Shown: piece by piece, positions 22,536 to 36,112 of the stretch
Layout of the letters: every line of letters starts with the position of its first letter
Position numbering within the stretch: position 1 is the first letter of the stretch
NCBI RefSeq assembly: GCF_035084215.1
Contig: NC_090335.1
Location: forward strand, 47,926,001 to 47,990,000
Origin: Heptranchias perlo
Lineage: Eukaryota
DNA length: 64,000 bases
Reading direction: 5' to 3'
Made by a program: the position numbers and the translations under genes
The notes under the pieces: generated by a model
Database searches by the model: none
What the model saw: only the letters and a program-made list of their open reading frames with translations
What the model was told of the DNA's origin: nothing

Positions 22536-24539
22536 GTATGTACCAGGTTGGACAAGGGGGCTGTGAGTGTTTGGAAAATGGGGGAGTGAGGGGCAGTGGC
22601 TCTGTGAGGCTGAGGTCAGACTGATTCCACTTTTAGAATGTTCTATGTTTCCTGAGCGCTGAATATTTGGGATGAGGGAAGGCTTTGCTGCCATTGTGGC
22701 TTGTGTCCATGTTGGCGGCCCCCTGTATGCAGAGATGTGCTGAGTAGCTTGGGGAATCCCTGAAAAAGCTTCCCAAATGATCTTTCCATGTTTGTGTTAC
22801 TCTCACCTGTTTCTCTCTTCCTCTGTCTTTGTCATTCTCGCCGTTTTTCTGTTTCTCTCTCATTTCTGTGCTCTAATCCATCTCTGCTTTTGACCCTTAG
22901 GTGCTGATTTTGCTTCTTCACAGATGCCCACTTTGGACAGCAGTGGAGAAATAATCCAGTCAGGTTGTCCTGTCCTACAGGGCCCAAACCCAAATGACTG
23001 GCCAGCCAGGCCCTTGGTTCAGACCTTCATCTAGTTGGGGTCTCAGCTCACATCCCCAGGAAGACCCTGGACTCTGATCTCCAGTCAGCTCGCTAGTCTC
23101 TAGTCCCAGATCTCCCCCACCCACCCCTAGGCCCCAGATATTCCTTGACTGTCACCAAGCTTTGGACTCACTTCAACCATCTTGAAGCTTGAAATCCACA
23201 ACCACCACCTGGCCCTGAATTGTCTCCCTTCTCTGTCTAGACCTCCTCAACCAGCACCTGTTCTGAACCCTTTTGATCATTAGCAAACCTAGGACTCTGT
23301 TTGATACCCATGATGAACTCTACTACAGGCTCATGTAATCACACCTAGATCACCAAAATTGTATATGTAACTCACAGCCACCTCTCTGTGCCCACTGCAT
23401 GGGCATTTTGACTGCTGTCAGGACCTTAGCTCATTTGTTTTTCTTATTGACCATCTTTCGCTTCTGCTCTTACCCTCCACCCTGCTCTTGGCCACTGCAG
23501 GACCATTATGGTCCTGCCTTCAGTCACCTAATCCTTCTCCCACCACTGTTTGGTGTCTATTTTATGCCTCTGTGAAGCACAAGGGGATATTTTATTAGGG
23601 CAAAGGTATTGAAAAATGCAAGTTTTTTTTGTATCTTCTTCTCCGCATTTCTCTATTAATCTTTTCCTGTATCTCTACCCTCCCCATTTATCTCTATTAA
23701 TCTATTACTATATCTCTTTCTCTCCCCATTTATCTCTTAATCTATTCCTGTGTCTCTGTTACTCTCCCTCTTTTTCTTGCTTTTTTCCCCCTCTTTGTTA
23801 TTGTCTTCCTGGGAACAGCAAAAGGCTGCAGGAGAGAGTGAGTGGGGAATGACTGGAGGCGACACTGAGCAGAAAGCGGAAATGTGGAGTGGCCATAGAT
23901 GAAACTAGAGTGCAGTGAGTGATTGAGTCATGAGGACATGCATGAAGTTGGTCTGCTGTGTTGGGGGATTGGGGAGATAGCTGAGTGAATGGAAAGTGCA
24001 GTGCATAAGTTTGTGATTTGCTTAATGAATTATCAATTTTTTAATGTGTTTATTATGTAATAAAGTTTATTTTAAGGGTGTATAGTGGGATGGGTGAGGG
24101 ACTAACTTGGCAGCTACACACCACAGAAATTCATTTTTGATAGAATGAGATTGGTCGTTTTTGTGACTAAACTGATCATAACTAATACTACAGAGATAAT
24201 TTGGAGATCTGATTAGTCTCTGGTGACATGGTTCTGGGATCTTTTCAGTTGAAGGGACACTGGTCTCTGTAATCTGTTAGATGAAAGAGAAAGGAGTCTT
24301 AATACACAAAATGTTCACAAAGACATTTTTAAAAATTAGATAGATAGAAAGGTAGATCTGGCAGTTTTTCTGGGACCAAGTGTTTATGCTAAATTCTAGT
24401 GAAAGTAAATAATTGCAAACCATATGCTGTGGGGCTGGGCCCTGTACTAGGGTTTAGTTATCGCATTTCTATTATGGTTCTTGCTATCTAAAATATTTTC
24501 AGTAAATCAGCTTGATGGCCAGGAATCTGTAATAATAGA

Positions 24540-24728
24540 CTTCATTGTCACTGGGTCAAAATCCTAGAACTCCCTTCCTAACAGCACTGTGGGAGAACCT
24601 TCACCAAATGGACTGCAGCGGTTCAAGAACGCAGCTCATCACCACCTGCTCAAGGGCAATTAGGGATGGGCAATAAATGCCGGCCTCGCCAGCGACGCCC
24701 TCATCCCATGAACGAATAAAATAAAAAT
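24540..24728 (+). mobile_element. 3' end of a CR1/L2-group LINE family with A-rich tail
   Basis: ctgggtcaaaatcctagaactccc..ctcaagggcaattagggatgggcaataaatgc..atcccatgaacgaataaaataaaaa; same family as the 36.1-37.2 kb pieces. Confidence 0.8.
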
Positions 24729-25546
24729 CTGGACTAGAAAAAGAACCACAAAATTTTCACTTCTTGGATGCTTTAACTATGATTATTCATCTTGATTTGC
24801 AAACAAGTTTTGGAAGCTCTATGATGTTGCAGATTGTACAGGTTCTTTGGGGAAAGAATAAGCTATCTAAGGCTGATTGGTCTTTTCTCATTTCATACTT
24901 TTTTTGTTCTTGTTACAGTATATGAATATATCAAAGTCCCTTATCAAATGGAAACTATTGTATTATCTCACAGAAAATCTATTTACCCACATTTAATGTA
25001 CATTTTGGTGTTAAATCAAGTTGGCTTAAAATGGTATATCAGAGAATCCTGAAGTAAATTGGGTAGATTGTTGCTACGTTGTCAAAAAGGAGAAAAAATG
25101 TTGAGCAGAGACCAAATATTTCTCCATTGAAGGGAAAATTTGGAACGTCACCTCAGAATGCTTGTGTGTACCTTGTACCAGCTGGCTCAAGAGTGGTGTT
25201 GGAAAAGGCCTGGCATTATCATTGTTTATCAGTTACTATATCTAACCAAGTTAAGAAGGATGTGTTAATTTTCTTTGGATTCTGAAGTTAGAAAATTATC
25301 CACTCATTAGCATTGAGTAAAACATTTCCTTGGAACATTTCCGGAACCTTGGTGGGATGAAAGTTTCCACTGTTTGCCAGCCGTAAGGGCCAAATGTGAA
25401 AAGAATTTGAACAGTCTCAACCCAGTTCTATGTCAATTTTATTTCACGGCACAAAACTGCATGCAGCTCAACATTAATTGGCAATTTCATTGAAAGGGCT
25501 ATAAGGGATTACACATTAAGGAATCATATATATATATATATATATA

Positions 25547-26158
25547 GCCTCTCCATCACAAAGATCAACTAATTCCACCTCCGTAACCTCCGCTGCTTCT
25601 ACCTCAGCTCCTCTGCTGCTGAAACCCTCATCCATGCCTTTGTCACCTCATACTTCACTATTCCAATGCACTACTGTCCGGCCTCCAATTGTCCATCCTC
25701 AGCAAACTTCAGCACATACAAAACTCAGCTACCCATATTCTATCCCACACCAAGTCCCATTCACCCATCACCCTGTCCTTATTGTCCTATACTGACTCCC
25801 AGTCCTCCAGTAATTCAAATTTAAAATTCTCATCCTTGTGTTTAAATGTCTTCATATCCCTCCCTATCTATGTAACCTTCTCCGGCCCTATAACCCCATC
25901 CCCCCCCACTATTGATGGTCCTCCCTTCAACCGCTTAGGCCCCATGCTCTGGGATTTCCTCCCTGAATCCCTCTGCCTCCCCACCCCCCTCTCTTCCTTT
26001 AAGACCCTCATTAAAACCCACCTCTTTGGCTAAGGTTTTGGCGACCCCTTATATCTCCTCTGGCTCAGTGTCCATTTTTATCTGATTTTATGCTGCTGTG
26101 AAATGCATTAGGGCATTTTTCTATGTTAAAGGCGCTATATAAATGCAAGTTGTTGTTG
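25547..26158 (+). mobile_element. L2 LINE 3' fragment, preceded by an (AT)n microsatellite
   Basis: Remnants ETLIHAFVTS..KLQHIQNSA..SSFKTLIKTHLF; tail aaaggcgctatataaatgcaagttgttgttg. A short inverted tail copy lies at 26183-26255. Confidence 0.85.
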
Positions 26159-27375
26159 AATTATAGAGTGATAAATGTGTGGCAACAACAACAACAGCTT
26201 GCATTTATATAGTGACTTTAATGTAGAAAAATGTTCCAAAGTGCTTCACAAAGGCATGTAATTTAAAGGCTGTACTTCAGTTTCAGGTCCTGTTAGGACT
26301 CAAAACAACTGAACCTTTGTTCTTGTGGAGTATGTCCAATGTGGAGAACTGCAGGATCGAATAACTCCCTCTTTTAACTCACTCTCAGCCATTGTACTAT
26401 AACACAGTGGTGTCAGTCAGCTTACACTCCCTCAACCACCCAGAAAGGAAAGATTTCAAAGTGGTTTTTCCTTGTATGTGATAGCTGGCCCACACACAGG
26501 GTGGAAAATGCCTTGTGTATTAATCAGTTGTGCCTCAGCTTATCCAATAGCCCACATAATGTCACTTAGCATCAGTTTGGGACATGATCAATATGCAAAG
26601 TCTGGTGAAAAGGCCACTTATGTTTAGATTTTTTTTAAAAACTCAAATACTGGAAATCTGATACAAAAGCAGAAAATGCTGGATATAAACAGCACGTCCA
26701 TCAGCATCTGTAAAGAGAAAAGACAAGTGCACTGGGTGTAAAACCTTCCTCATAACTGGAAAGGTCGTACACACAAAGGTGACATCCACCTCTTGTGTAT
26801 TGATGGTAAACTTTAAACTACAATAACATGATTTCTGCCAGCAAGTAGAAACTTTAGGCAATTCTACTTTGAAGTTTGGCCAAATATCTCAAAAAATATA
26901 ACTTTTACCATTTTTAAATGCCAGCTGTGTGTGAAATCAATCTCCTCACCCTGGAGGAAACCCTAATTAAAAAGAAGAAAATACTTACAAATCATAATTT
27001 CCTTTTGTAACATATTTGGTAATGTTGTCTGTTCCATAAGGTCAAGTACAAAGTCATTCAGGAACTATTCACTGATCTCAGCTTAACATATCTGCCATCT
27101 TAGTTTTCCCTATCAGAGCACATGATGTAATAGCGACAGATTCAACTCCTGAATCATCCAGGTGTCCTGGATGAAAGAAATGGTGTGGCACCAGGTGCTG
27201 CTGCCAAGGTACCTCCTTTAGCCAGGAGGGTGGGATGCTCTGGGCACAGGTCAATGGTTCAGTATTCAATCACATGGTTTGAAGGAAAATGAGGAACCAG
27301 CCTAATGGGGAGGGGGGGGGGATGCTGACAAAAATCAAAGTGAGTTTCTGACCTTTCATTATTTCTTTCCTACAG

Positions 27376-27626
27376 GATCTTCTCTCCAGGAAGCAATTTG
27401 TTCAAATGATTCCCTGTTCTACTTTATATTTTTCTACCCCTTTCCAATTTTTGGAATCCTCCTTATTGCCATTTTACTAACACGCTACAAAACGCTAAAC
27501 TCGCAGAAGAAATCTGATGGCAAAAATGGTGTCCCATTACTCTGGATTAAAGAACCAGCGGTGACTTATTCTCCAACAAGCCTTGAGCCACCGGATTTCA
27601 GAATAGGACCAGGAAGCCTTGCTTAA
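27376..27626 (+). CDS. IGSF3: IGSF3 terminal coding exon: transmembrane segment, cytoplasmic tail and stop
   Basis: Acceptor ttctttcctacag|GA. Translates (G)SSLQEAICSNDSLFYFIFFYPFPIFGILLIAILLTRYKTLNSQKKSDGKNGVPLLWIKEPAVTYSPTSLEPPDFRIGPGSLA* (TAA 27624-27626), matching the recalled IGSF3 signature ICSNDALFYFVFFYPFPIFGIL..DGKNGVPLLWIKEP. Not present in the ORF track. Confidence 0.96.
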
Positions 27627-30600
27627 CAGAGGAAGGGGGGGAAAGAATTTTGGAGAAAAAAATAACTGACATTCAATTGAAGGAGTTGAAAGTTATAATG
27701 AATTAAGGATGAATGTTAACCCCCCAAAATATCCCATTTGGAAGCAATATCCTCCACCTCTTATATTAAGGATGTACATTTTGAGGGCCATGGCATTGAG
27801 ATATGGGGGAGAGAGGGTACATTTATTCCAAGATGTTTGGCTCAATTGGCCTCCTCCCCATTACCCCCAACACAATTACTTGATATAGTCGGAATGTTTA
27901 ATTTTACACTAATGTAGATATATAGTCTTCTGCCAACTGTTTTCACTGCATGAGAGTTCTGCTTGTCACATTAGTCCGCTATGTGTAATAGGTCTGATCT
28001 CATGAAGATGCCAGATGATCTCCTGAATGTTAAGACTATTGTCACTCCTGAAGAATACAGAACCGTAGCAAATGCAGTACCGTGGAGGGAAAATATTAAA
28101 CTGCAAAGATGTAAAATTGAGGTGTTTTTTTCCCTAAAGCTTCATGTCACTTTACTGTCCCAATGCTTGGTTTACAGTCTAAGAAGAGTCAACACTAAAT
28201 CAAAGGGTAGTCATGACTGGAGGGATGGACATACACCCAGACCTTCTGTTCAATCACAGCAGTGTTTAGAATATTTGAACAACAGAAACAATAAGAGGGG
28301 AGTGGGAAGATCATCGAAGCTGAGGAGGAGCTGTAGCACTGAAGGCTCATAGACATTGTGTCAGACATGTTGAGTGTTTGGCAAGTGTCAAATGACTATG
28401 ACAAGTGCATCAGAAAAGCTACAAAGGATACCTTGTCTAGGCAATGATCATCAACAGTGCTATGACTGCATTATGACAGAATTACATGAAGATGATGTTA
28501 CCTGAATACAGGACGTAGGACAATGAAATTCCGTCCCTTCCAGTGAATATAGATAAGGATCAAGCAAATTATTAGCACGTACAGCCAATGTTTCTCATTT
28601 ATGAATTTTTTGATACAGAAATCTGATTAAGCTGCAACTCTGTAGAATGGAAAGTAGTCATGCAGCTGGATAGTTTTCTTTTTGTACATTGTTTTTGCAC
28701 TTTTTGAAATAACTTTTTATTCTGTGTTTCAACAAGAATCATTATAATTGCCTGTTTTGTTTTTATAGTGTTCTTTGAAAGAGTGTCATTTGGTCGAAGG
28801 AAATTGTTACGAGCCTGAACAGATCCAGTGCCGAAACACGTTCAATGTGCTAACAGAATCCTAGGCTTTGCTGCAGTCCTGGTCAGCCTAAATCACATAA
28901 CACTTGGCTCAGCTTAAATGTCTTCGAACATTTTCAAACATTCAATCATATTCTGTTGTAAAACAAATCCATTTGTATTTACTACACCACTCTTTAAAAT
29001 CTTTAATTATCTAACATATTGCTGTACACTGTTAAGAAGGGATGTGGGTGGGGTTGAATTATCCATGACTTTTTTTAAGAGGTAAGAATGTTTTGCACTG
29101 AAGCAAAAATGACCAGTTCTTTGGATCATACTCTCAAAAATCACAATAAACTCCACAGGATGAGAAAAAAAAATTCTCTGATATTTGTGTGGGGAAACAG
29201 AAGTGGCCTTGAGAAGGGCAGAGGTGCATGTGGTCTTATCAAGACAGCATCACTATCATGGGGACGGACCTGGATGCAAGATGTTGCGTGGGAAGATTCT
29301 ACAGTTGGAAACTTTTTATCCTAACATTGACTGGCTAACCAAACTGGCTGGATCTCCCTACATAGCCTAGTTTATCAGTTTTCTTGCTGAATTGATATCA
29401 TTTCATGCAGTACAAGATTGGAATTGATAGGTGATTAGTTAACCGAGTCATTAATCTAACAGGGGTGTTCCCTGAGCTGCTCACATAAATCAAACTGTAC
29501 AACCTGATCAGAATAGAATCAACAGTTTTCTAGATAAAGTTACTCTCTTCCGGTAAATGTTCTTGTATTATCACATACAATGTATGTATAATGAACCCTG
29601 CACCAACAACACAGGGCTCATAGATATAGGTTCATTGTAAGCCACTGCATCCTTGATATAGCAGTTCTAACTTCCACACTATTGTTACTGTTCCAGGCTG
29701 TAAGAACGCAGCAGCTGCAGGTTCTGGTAAGATTCTGACTATACATTTGTCTTCCATCAGTGACATTACATTTAAAGATGCCCAATAATGGCTTCCAGCA
29801 GCATATTGCTGCTTGTGGTGCTGGGTGCTTTACTGCATTTGCTGTCTTCTTGCAGTATTTTAAAATGAGATGAGTTATAATAACAGTCGCTTTGGGTAAA
29901 GATCTGGTCTGGGGTTCCTTCGGAAATGTGCATTAAGACTTTGTTTATGCATCAGAGTTGTTGCATGAGGTGGCACAGTATCTCAGTCTGAATTCAGTCA
30001 CAGGATTCATCATCAGACCAAGTATTTAGCCCATGGATCCTTCATGTGAGTGTGATCAGTGGAACACAATGTCCTCATTGGCCAGGGCAGCAAGGGAGAA
30101 CTGGTTTCTAACTACACTAGTGCATTCATATAATATATCTGAGTACATCCACCAGCGGAGAACATAAATGAGCTGTGGACTCGACACTAAGGCCAGTTGA
30201 TGAGTTTGTGCCACTTGAACTCTCTTCTGCGCAGCCCCCCACGCACCATGTGCTTTACCATTACCAAATGAAGTGACGGATTTAAACCTTAAACCTGCAG
30301 AACCATGAGATGCTCATTGGTTTGAATGTTATTCCCTCGCCCGACCTCACTAGTTCACATTATTGTGGTAATGTAACCTTTGCACTGTACATCATCTTCA
30401 TAATAAGAACAATATTAATCAAAAATCTTTGATTTTCTTCTCTTACAAAACTTGCCCAAGCAGATACTGCCTCTGAATTTGCTGTTTCTGGTCCTGGTCC
30501 AGCTAGACTGGTTTGAATGAATCACTTCTTGGAGCTTGAACATCTTGTACACTTATATTGGGAGAGTGAGGCACTTGTTTACAAAGCTCCAGCCTTTGAA

Positions 30601-32409
30601 TTTAGTAACTATTAGTCATTCAAAAGGGGTAAAGAAAGGAGCCTGGGTTATGGGTGCAGCAAAGATGCATTTTAGTGGGAGTTGGTAAACCCATACAATT
30701 TAAAGCAGCTAAGATTCTCAAATGTAGGTGGGAGAATTGGCTTTGAAAGGGAGGTCACTGTGTTCTCTGCCTCATTGAAGAGTCTGAACATTTTAATCTC
30801 CATTGTAAAACAGGTTCTAGGAATAAAGCTTAAGCAGTTTTTTAAAATTATAAAAATGCAATGGAATGTAGTAATCTCTACAAAAGCATAGAACTTAAAT
30901 GATAAATCAGTAATCAAATATGGTAAATGTCTGAGCTTGAGTGTTAATATAGGTTAAAGGCTATTACTAACTTCTTGTTCTGCAGTAGGAGCGCACAATT
31001 ATATTTTTGTGGAGGCAAATAAAAAGGATCTAGCTAAGACCCACAACAGTTCTGCAAAGGAGCAATGCAGTGACATCTATTAATTAAAAACAATGCAAAG
31101 CTGAATCCAGAAATGGATGAACTGGTTTGGGAACAATGTTGGAGGCTGTATCAGGTAACAAATATAGGGAAGGATATGGAAGGCAGAAATTTAGCTAATG
31201 AAAAAGCTTGTATATATCAGACTCACTGAAACATTTGATATTACCAAGAAAAAGTATTGGAGGTTTGGGTTCAAATCTCAGTATGTTATTGGTGCCTGTG
31301 AGATTATTGGGTGAAAAATTCCACTGGATACTTTTGTACACTGTTTTAATTCTGGACCATATCTGGTTCAGGTTCAACTTTGGATAATGCTGGCTTTATA
31401 AATGGATCAAGAAAAAAAATTCTGACTTCACCAGTACGACCTGTAGAGATGCCAAGCAGTGTGAAATGGCATCAGTGGTATTTATGAACTGCAGCAATTG
31501 GCACCATAAGGGCCATGAATGAGTAAAGAAGCAATATGGGTATATAGCACTTAAGTCTTGGCTGAGTGAGCCGAGAAAGACGTAACAGGTTCTGTGTTGG
31601 CCTTTACAAGCTAAAGGGTTTCATTGCAACTTCAAAAAGCAAATTGTAATTGGGTGTCATGTGGCGCTTTAGCAAATGCACATTCTACTTTGCAGACTGG
31701 ATTGAATAATTGAGTAAAAATGCAAACGGGTCAGTTTTCAAAAGTTGGTGTTTGTGGCTTCATTGCATGCTGTATGAAAATCCTATATTCAGCATTATTG
31801 TGGCAATACAAGTCATACAAGTGTGCTCTTTCATTAATATTTAAATGAAGGTATAATGACATGAATAGTGTACACTATCCACATCATCCCCATGACCTGC
31901 AGGGAAACTGATAATGAAGCACAAAATGCAGATGCTGAAATTTTCCAAGAGTGGGAAAAATTGGCATTTTTTGTAAACTTTCACTATCTATTTGCGCAAA
32001 AAGGAGCTTTTTAATAAATGGAAATGTGGAGAGATGTACACTGTTTATTCAAAAAGGTTCTGTAATTAGAAAACAAATGAGAAATTCTTGGTTTGGACCA
32101 TTGAGTCTGGCCAAAAAGCAGCAGGGTTTAGTAAAAAGGAAACTCAAAATATAGTATGTGGTAGAAATGGTGTCCACACAATAGAAATCCAGCACAGACT
32201 GTTTTCCTCCCAATCCCCTAAAATTAAAAAATATTCCCGATTAAGGGAACAGGTCATAAATTCTCACCATGCTCCTCCCCTTAAACATCATGCATTTAAA
32301 TTGGAGAGTGAGTAGTTTATATCGCCTCAGTTTTTTTAAGGTACGTACAATACAGAATTACAGAGATTGATGATTCAAAGACATTGCACCCTTGAATCAT
32401 TCTACAGCC

Positions 32410-32780
32410 TTGTTGCTCTTATTTTTTCCCTGGTATGTTCCTTTCCTATAGTCCTCCCATCTCTCCTGAAGATGCTGAATCTTGCTGGAGTACAATTCCA
32501 TGGGCAACCCTCCAGCACCTCACCCCATCCAAGTGGCCAGTCTTCAAGTCTGACCATAGATAGTAATTCCCAGTAGGCTATCTGATTGTGAGTGACATAA
32601 GAGCTGTGTCTGATCCTGTTCTCATGGTAAAGTTCACATGCATTATCCAACCTGAGTCACCCTGACTATTTTTTCCCCTCCCTAGCTCAGGGTCTCTGGA
32701 TCCAGTTGTAGATCAAACCTGGGACCTTTCTTGTCTGGTTCATTTCCATTTAATGTACAGTTCACTTACCACCTGAGGGA
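32410..32780 (-). mobile_element. Degenerate LF-SINE-like element
   Basis: ctctcctgaagatgctga..ggagtacaattccatggg..gatcaaacctgggacctt, shared with 9085-9430. Confidence 0.5.
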
Positions 32781-32794
32781 AGCTGTCTTGTTCA

Positions 32795-32890
32795 TAAAAT
32801 TATACAGCACAGAAGGGGGCCATTTGGCCCATCATGCCTGTGCCGGCTCTTTGAAAGAGCTATCTAATTAGTCCCACTCCCCTGCTCTGT
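32795..32890 (-). mobile_element. CR1 3'-UTR tail fragment
   Basis: acagcacagaagggggccatttggcccatcatgcctgtgccggctct matches the 3' ends at 47255 and 48301. An oppositely oriented tail of a related family lies at ~33190-33277. Confidence 0.8.
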
Positions 32891-34167
32891 GCCCAAAATT
32901 AAAAAGAGCCATTCAAATGGTATCTATACCTTTGAATCCACTTTAATGTAGGGTATTTTCAACTGATGCCTCAATCTCCCAGTTCTCACGTCATCTGTCA
33001 TTCTGGAATACAACCTGGGGATTAGCCTGAATCTGTTCAACTGGAGAGATGCAGCAAATCTCGCTTCATCTGTTTTTTTTGTAAATTTGAATTTCAAAGA
33101 GGGAATGGGCTACATGTTAAAACCCATGCTAATAATAATTAACTGCATCATTATTAAAGTTAGTCAAATTCAAATTAAACAATAAGTATGGAGGGAGGAA
33201 GCTCCTGTGGAGCATAAATGCCGGCATAGACCAGTTGGCCGAATGGCCTGTTTCTGTGCTGTAGTTTTGATGTAACTTGACACATATTGAAAACAGATGC
33301 CTCATAAATATACCTTTAGTGTTAGTTACCTACAGTAGTAAATGTGTTATTTTATATACTTAAATAAAACTGCATCTTTTTATCTGCTTATTAGGGTGCA
33401 TTAAAAATGTAATGATCAAACGATATTTTGTTGGTGTAGATATTTCTGCTGAAGGCTAAATACTACACAAGTGAACATAAGCTGTTACGGCATTTTAGTA
33501 AAATTTACAATACAGTTTAGTTATCAACTTTTTTTTTCCTTAGCAGTATATGTTGAATCAACCTTAGTACATGTACTGTTAAGGAAAAAAGAGAGGGTCA
33601 GACATGAACCTGATCTCTAACAATCTGAATTATCCATACCATTTGTCAACAGATCTGGCAGGTGTTAAGACAAATCACCTTTTTTGGATTTTTTTTTTAA
33701 ACATTCAGTTCCCAAAATGAAAGTTTCTAAATATGTATCAATTAGATTGGGGGCCGGGCAGGGAGCAAATACAAGTTCAAGTACGATGGGCCATGCTTAT
33801 AAGGATTGATTTGACTATTATGTTTGGCTGATCGCTATATGTGAGGCTGTCATATGCTGTTCCACTTACAAGTGTTATGATTCCACAAAAAGATTTCAAT
33901 ATCAGCATATAATTACTGGTGAATAGGACAGGATGTTGAGTATAATACCAGCTATTTATTGCACTTTCAAAAACAGCTGCTTCACTCACTGACATCTTGA
34001 ACCGGCTCCTGTTCAAAATTAGAGTTTAAATGTTTAAAGTGCTGATGAACAGAACTTGTTGTGAATGTAGTTGATTATTGCACATGGAGCAACACATTCC
34101 GCTCACCAAATAGCAAAGCGTCTTTTTCCAAACTTCCTCAGTGGTCTGGTGGGTGATCAGATCATCA

Positions 34168-34331
34168 GGGGTAAATTTTCATCTTCGCCACAAGGGGGGT
34201 AATCTGGTGGAGCAGATTGCTGGCCCATTATGGAACCCGTCAATGGAATGAAATTCTAGCGGGTTGTATATTGGGCGGGCAGTTTGCTCCACCAGATTAT
34301 CCCCCATGCGTAGAAGATGAAAATTTACCCC
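34168..34331. mobile_element. Palindromic MITE (Harbinger-like termini)
   Basis: Perfect 19-bp TIR ggggtaaattttcatcttc / gaagatgaaaatttacccc, with continued internal pairing (taatctggtggagca / tgctccaccagatta). Confidence 0.85.
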
Positions 34332-35403
34332 ATAGTTTCATCACAGAGAAAACTGAAATTCTCTCTTGTGTTAAAACAATAGTGTAATTAGAAGTAAAAT
34401 ACCACTAATCTCATCACTACAACATAACTGCATTGATCATTATAAACGCGAGCCACACAGATACATATGGGTTGTGGATTTGCAAAGACAGAACAATCAT
34501 CACAGCTGAATGATCATTTATTACTAAAACTGGATCAGGTGGTCTGGTGTTGGCACTCTAGCTCCTCCAGTGGGATGTGTTGTAACTTCTAGCTTGTGAT
34601 GTAACTGAAAATGTTTCCTTGAAGAAGGTGTTATATATTAATTCTAATTAATACTGCTTCATTCAGAATTTCTCAAAAGCTTTGTAAGATTGCAAGATGA
34701 CCAGTCAAAAGTTGCCAGTCTTTGGCACAATGATATCAAACCAATTTTGTAAATTTGTATTTTCTTCACCTAACAAGATTGTTGCACTTTGTAACTATAG
34801 TGATTACATTTTCTCAAAATGATTTTAAAGGACACCTGTTCGACCTACTGGACCTTCTGGTTTGAAGAGACCCTTCTGGTTTGAAGTCTTACTGCTAACC
34901 ACTGGGAAAATTGTTACGAGGTGAATGTATAACATGCTTAAAAATATTAAAATTAACTAAAGAATAAAAATATCACACAACCAGCCTGATGCATGAGCTT
35001 TGCTTCTTGCTGGGCAGACATTTCATTCGGCATTTACACCGACTCGAAAGGTTTGTCCTGATACTCAGTTGACCTGATTTTAAATTTGATATTGAGAGGT
35101 GGGAGCCTTTACTCCAAACCATGATCACAATAAACAATTCCATACAGTTTGCACTGTAATATTTACTGACAGTAATCTACAACTCCTGTAATAAATGGGC
35201 GCTTCACTTGGAGCGTAAACATAGCTTAAGGTGTTGGGATACTCCCAGTTTCTCATTGTTTGGACAGATGTCCTATTGTTTTAGATATTTTCTATGTACC
35301 AATAATGCATGATACTGCAGAATTTCATTTGTGATGTGAGTGTTTTAATGTAAATTTTCAAATGTGATGTGCTTTGTTTGAAATCTCTTGTCATTTTGTT
35401 GTT

Positions 35404-35409
35404 AATAAA
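35404..35409 (+). terminator. Candidate distal polyadenylation signal
   Basis: ..ttgtcattttgttgttAATAAAatgatgggtcttgaaaagatctttgtgtttc; repeat density rises sharply just downstream. Confidence 0.45.
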
Positions 35410-35564
35410 ATGATGGGTCTTGAAAAGATCTTTGTGTTTCAGGTCAGTACTTGGACCAGACTGCTGTGATTATGAACCTTTCATTTTTTTTGTTCAAATC
35501 ATGCTGGGATGGTTCATGGACACTAGCTGCTCTCTGTTCTCTCACCCAAATGGTCATTTTTTCT

Positions 35565-35897
35565 TGCACACAGCATAGTTCGACAAATAGCAATGAGATA
35601 AATGACCAGATAATGTGTTTTGGTGGCGTCAGTTGAGGGATAAATGTTGGCCAGGACACTAGGAGAACTCCCTGGTCGTCTTCAAATAGTGCCACAGGAT
35701 CTTATACGTCCATCTGAGAGTGGAAATGGGGCCTCAGTTTAACATCTCATCTGAAAGATGGCATCTCTGACAGTTCAGGACTGCCCTCAATACTGCACTA
35801 AAGTGTCAGTCTAGATTATGTGCTTAAATCTCTGGAATGGGGCTTGAACCACCAACTTCTGACTCGGGTAAGAATGCTACCACTGAGGCAAGGCTGA
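35565..35897 (-). mobile_element. tRNA-derived SINE (SacSINE1/DeuSINE-like)
   Basis: Minus-strand head agccttgcctcagtggtagc..ggttcaagcccc; body similar to 7808-8147. Confidence 0.8.
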
Positions 35898-36112
35898 TAC
35901 CTACAAGAGGTCTGAGAGAGGTTTAACACCTACCGTGTTTCCGCTGAGCAGATAGAGTTAAAATCATCCCCATAGTAGCAGCTTTAGGCAAAAGACCTTT
36001 GGTCCATCTAGCCCACCTATACACAGCGTTCCCTTGGTACATTTCTAATAACCTCGAATCGCATTTATTGACGAGAACCTGATTAATTGCTTCTTGAAAC
36101 CCATTAAGATTT

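Larger units (their letters stand above)
27627..35430 (+). other. IGSF3: Probable long IGSF3 3' UTR
   Basis: Repeat-poor, AU-rich stretch after the stop. AATAAA at ~29144, ~33363, ~34963 and 35404-35409; the last has U/GU-rich context on both sides. Confidence 0.45.

Noticed and set aside
27981-28352. 123-aa ORF after the IGSF3 stop
   Set aside because: Lies in the presumed 3' UTR with no recognisable homology.
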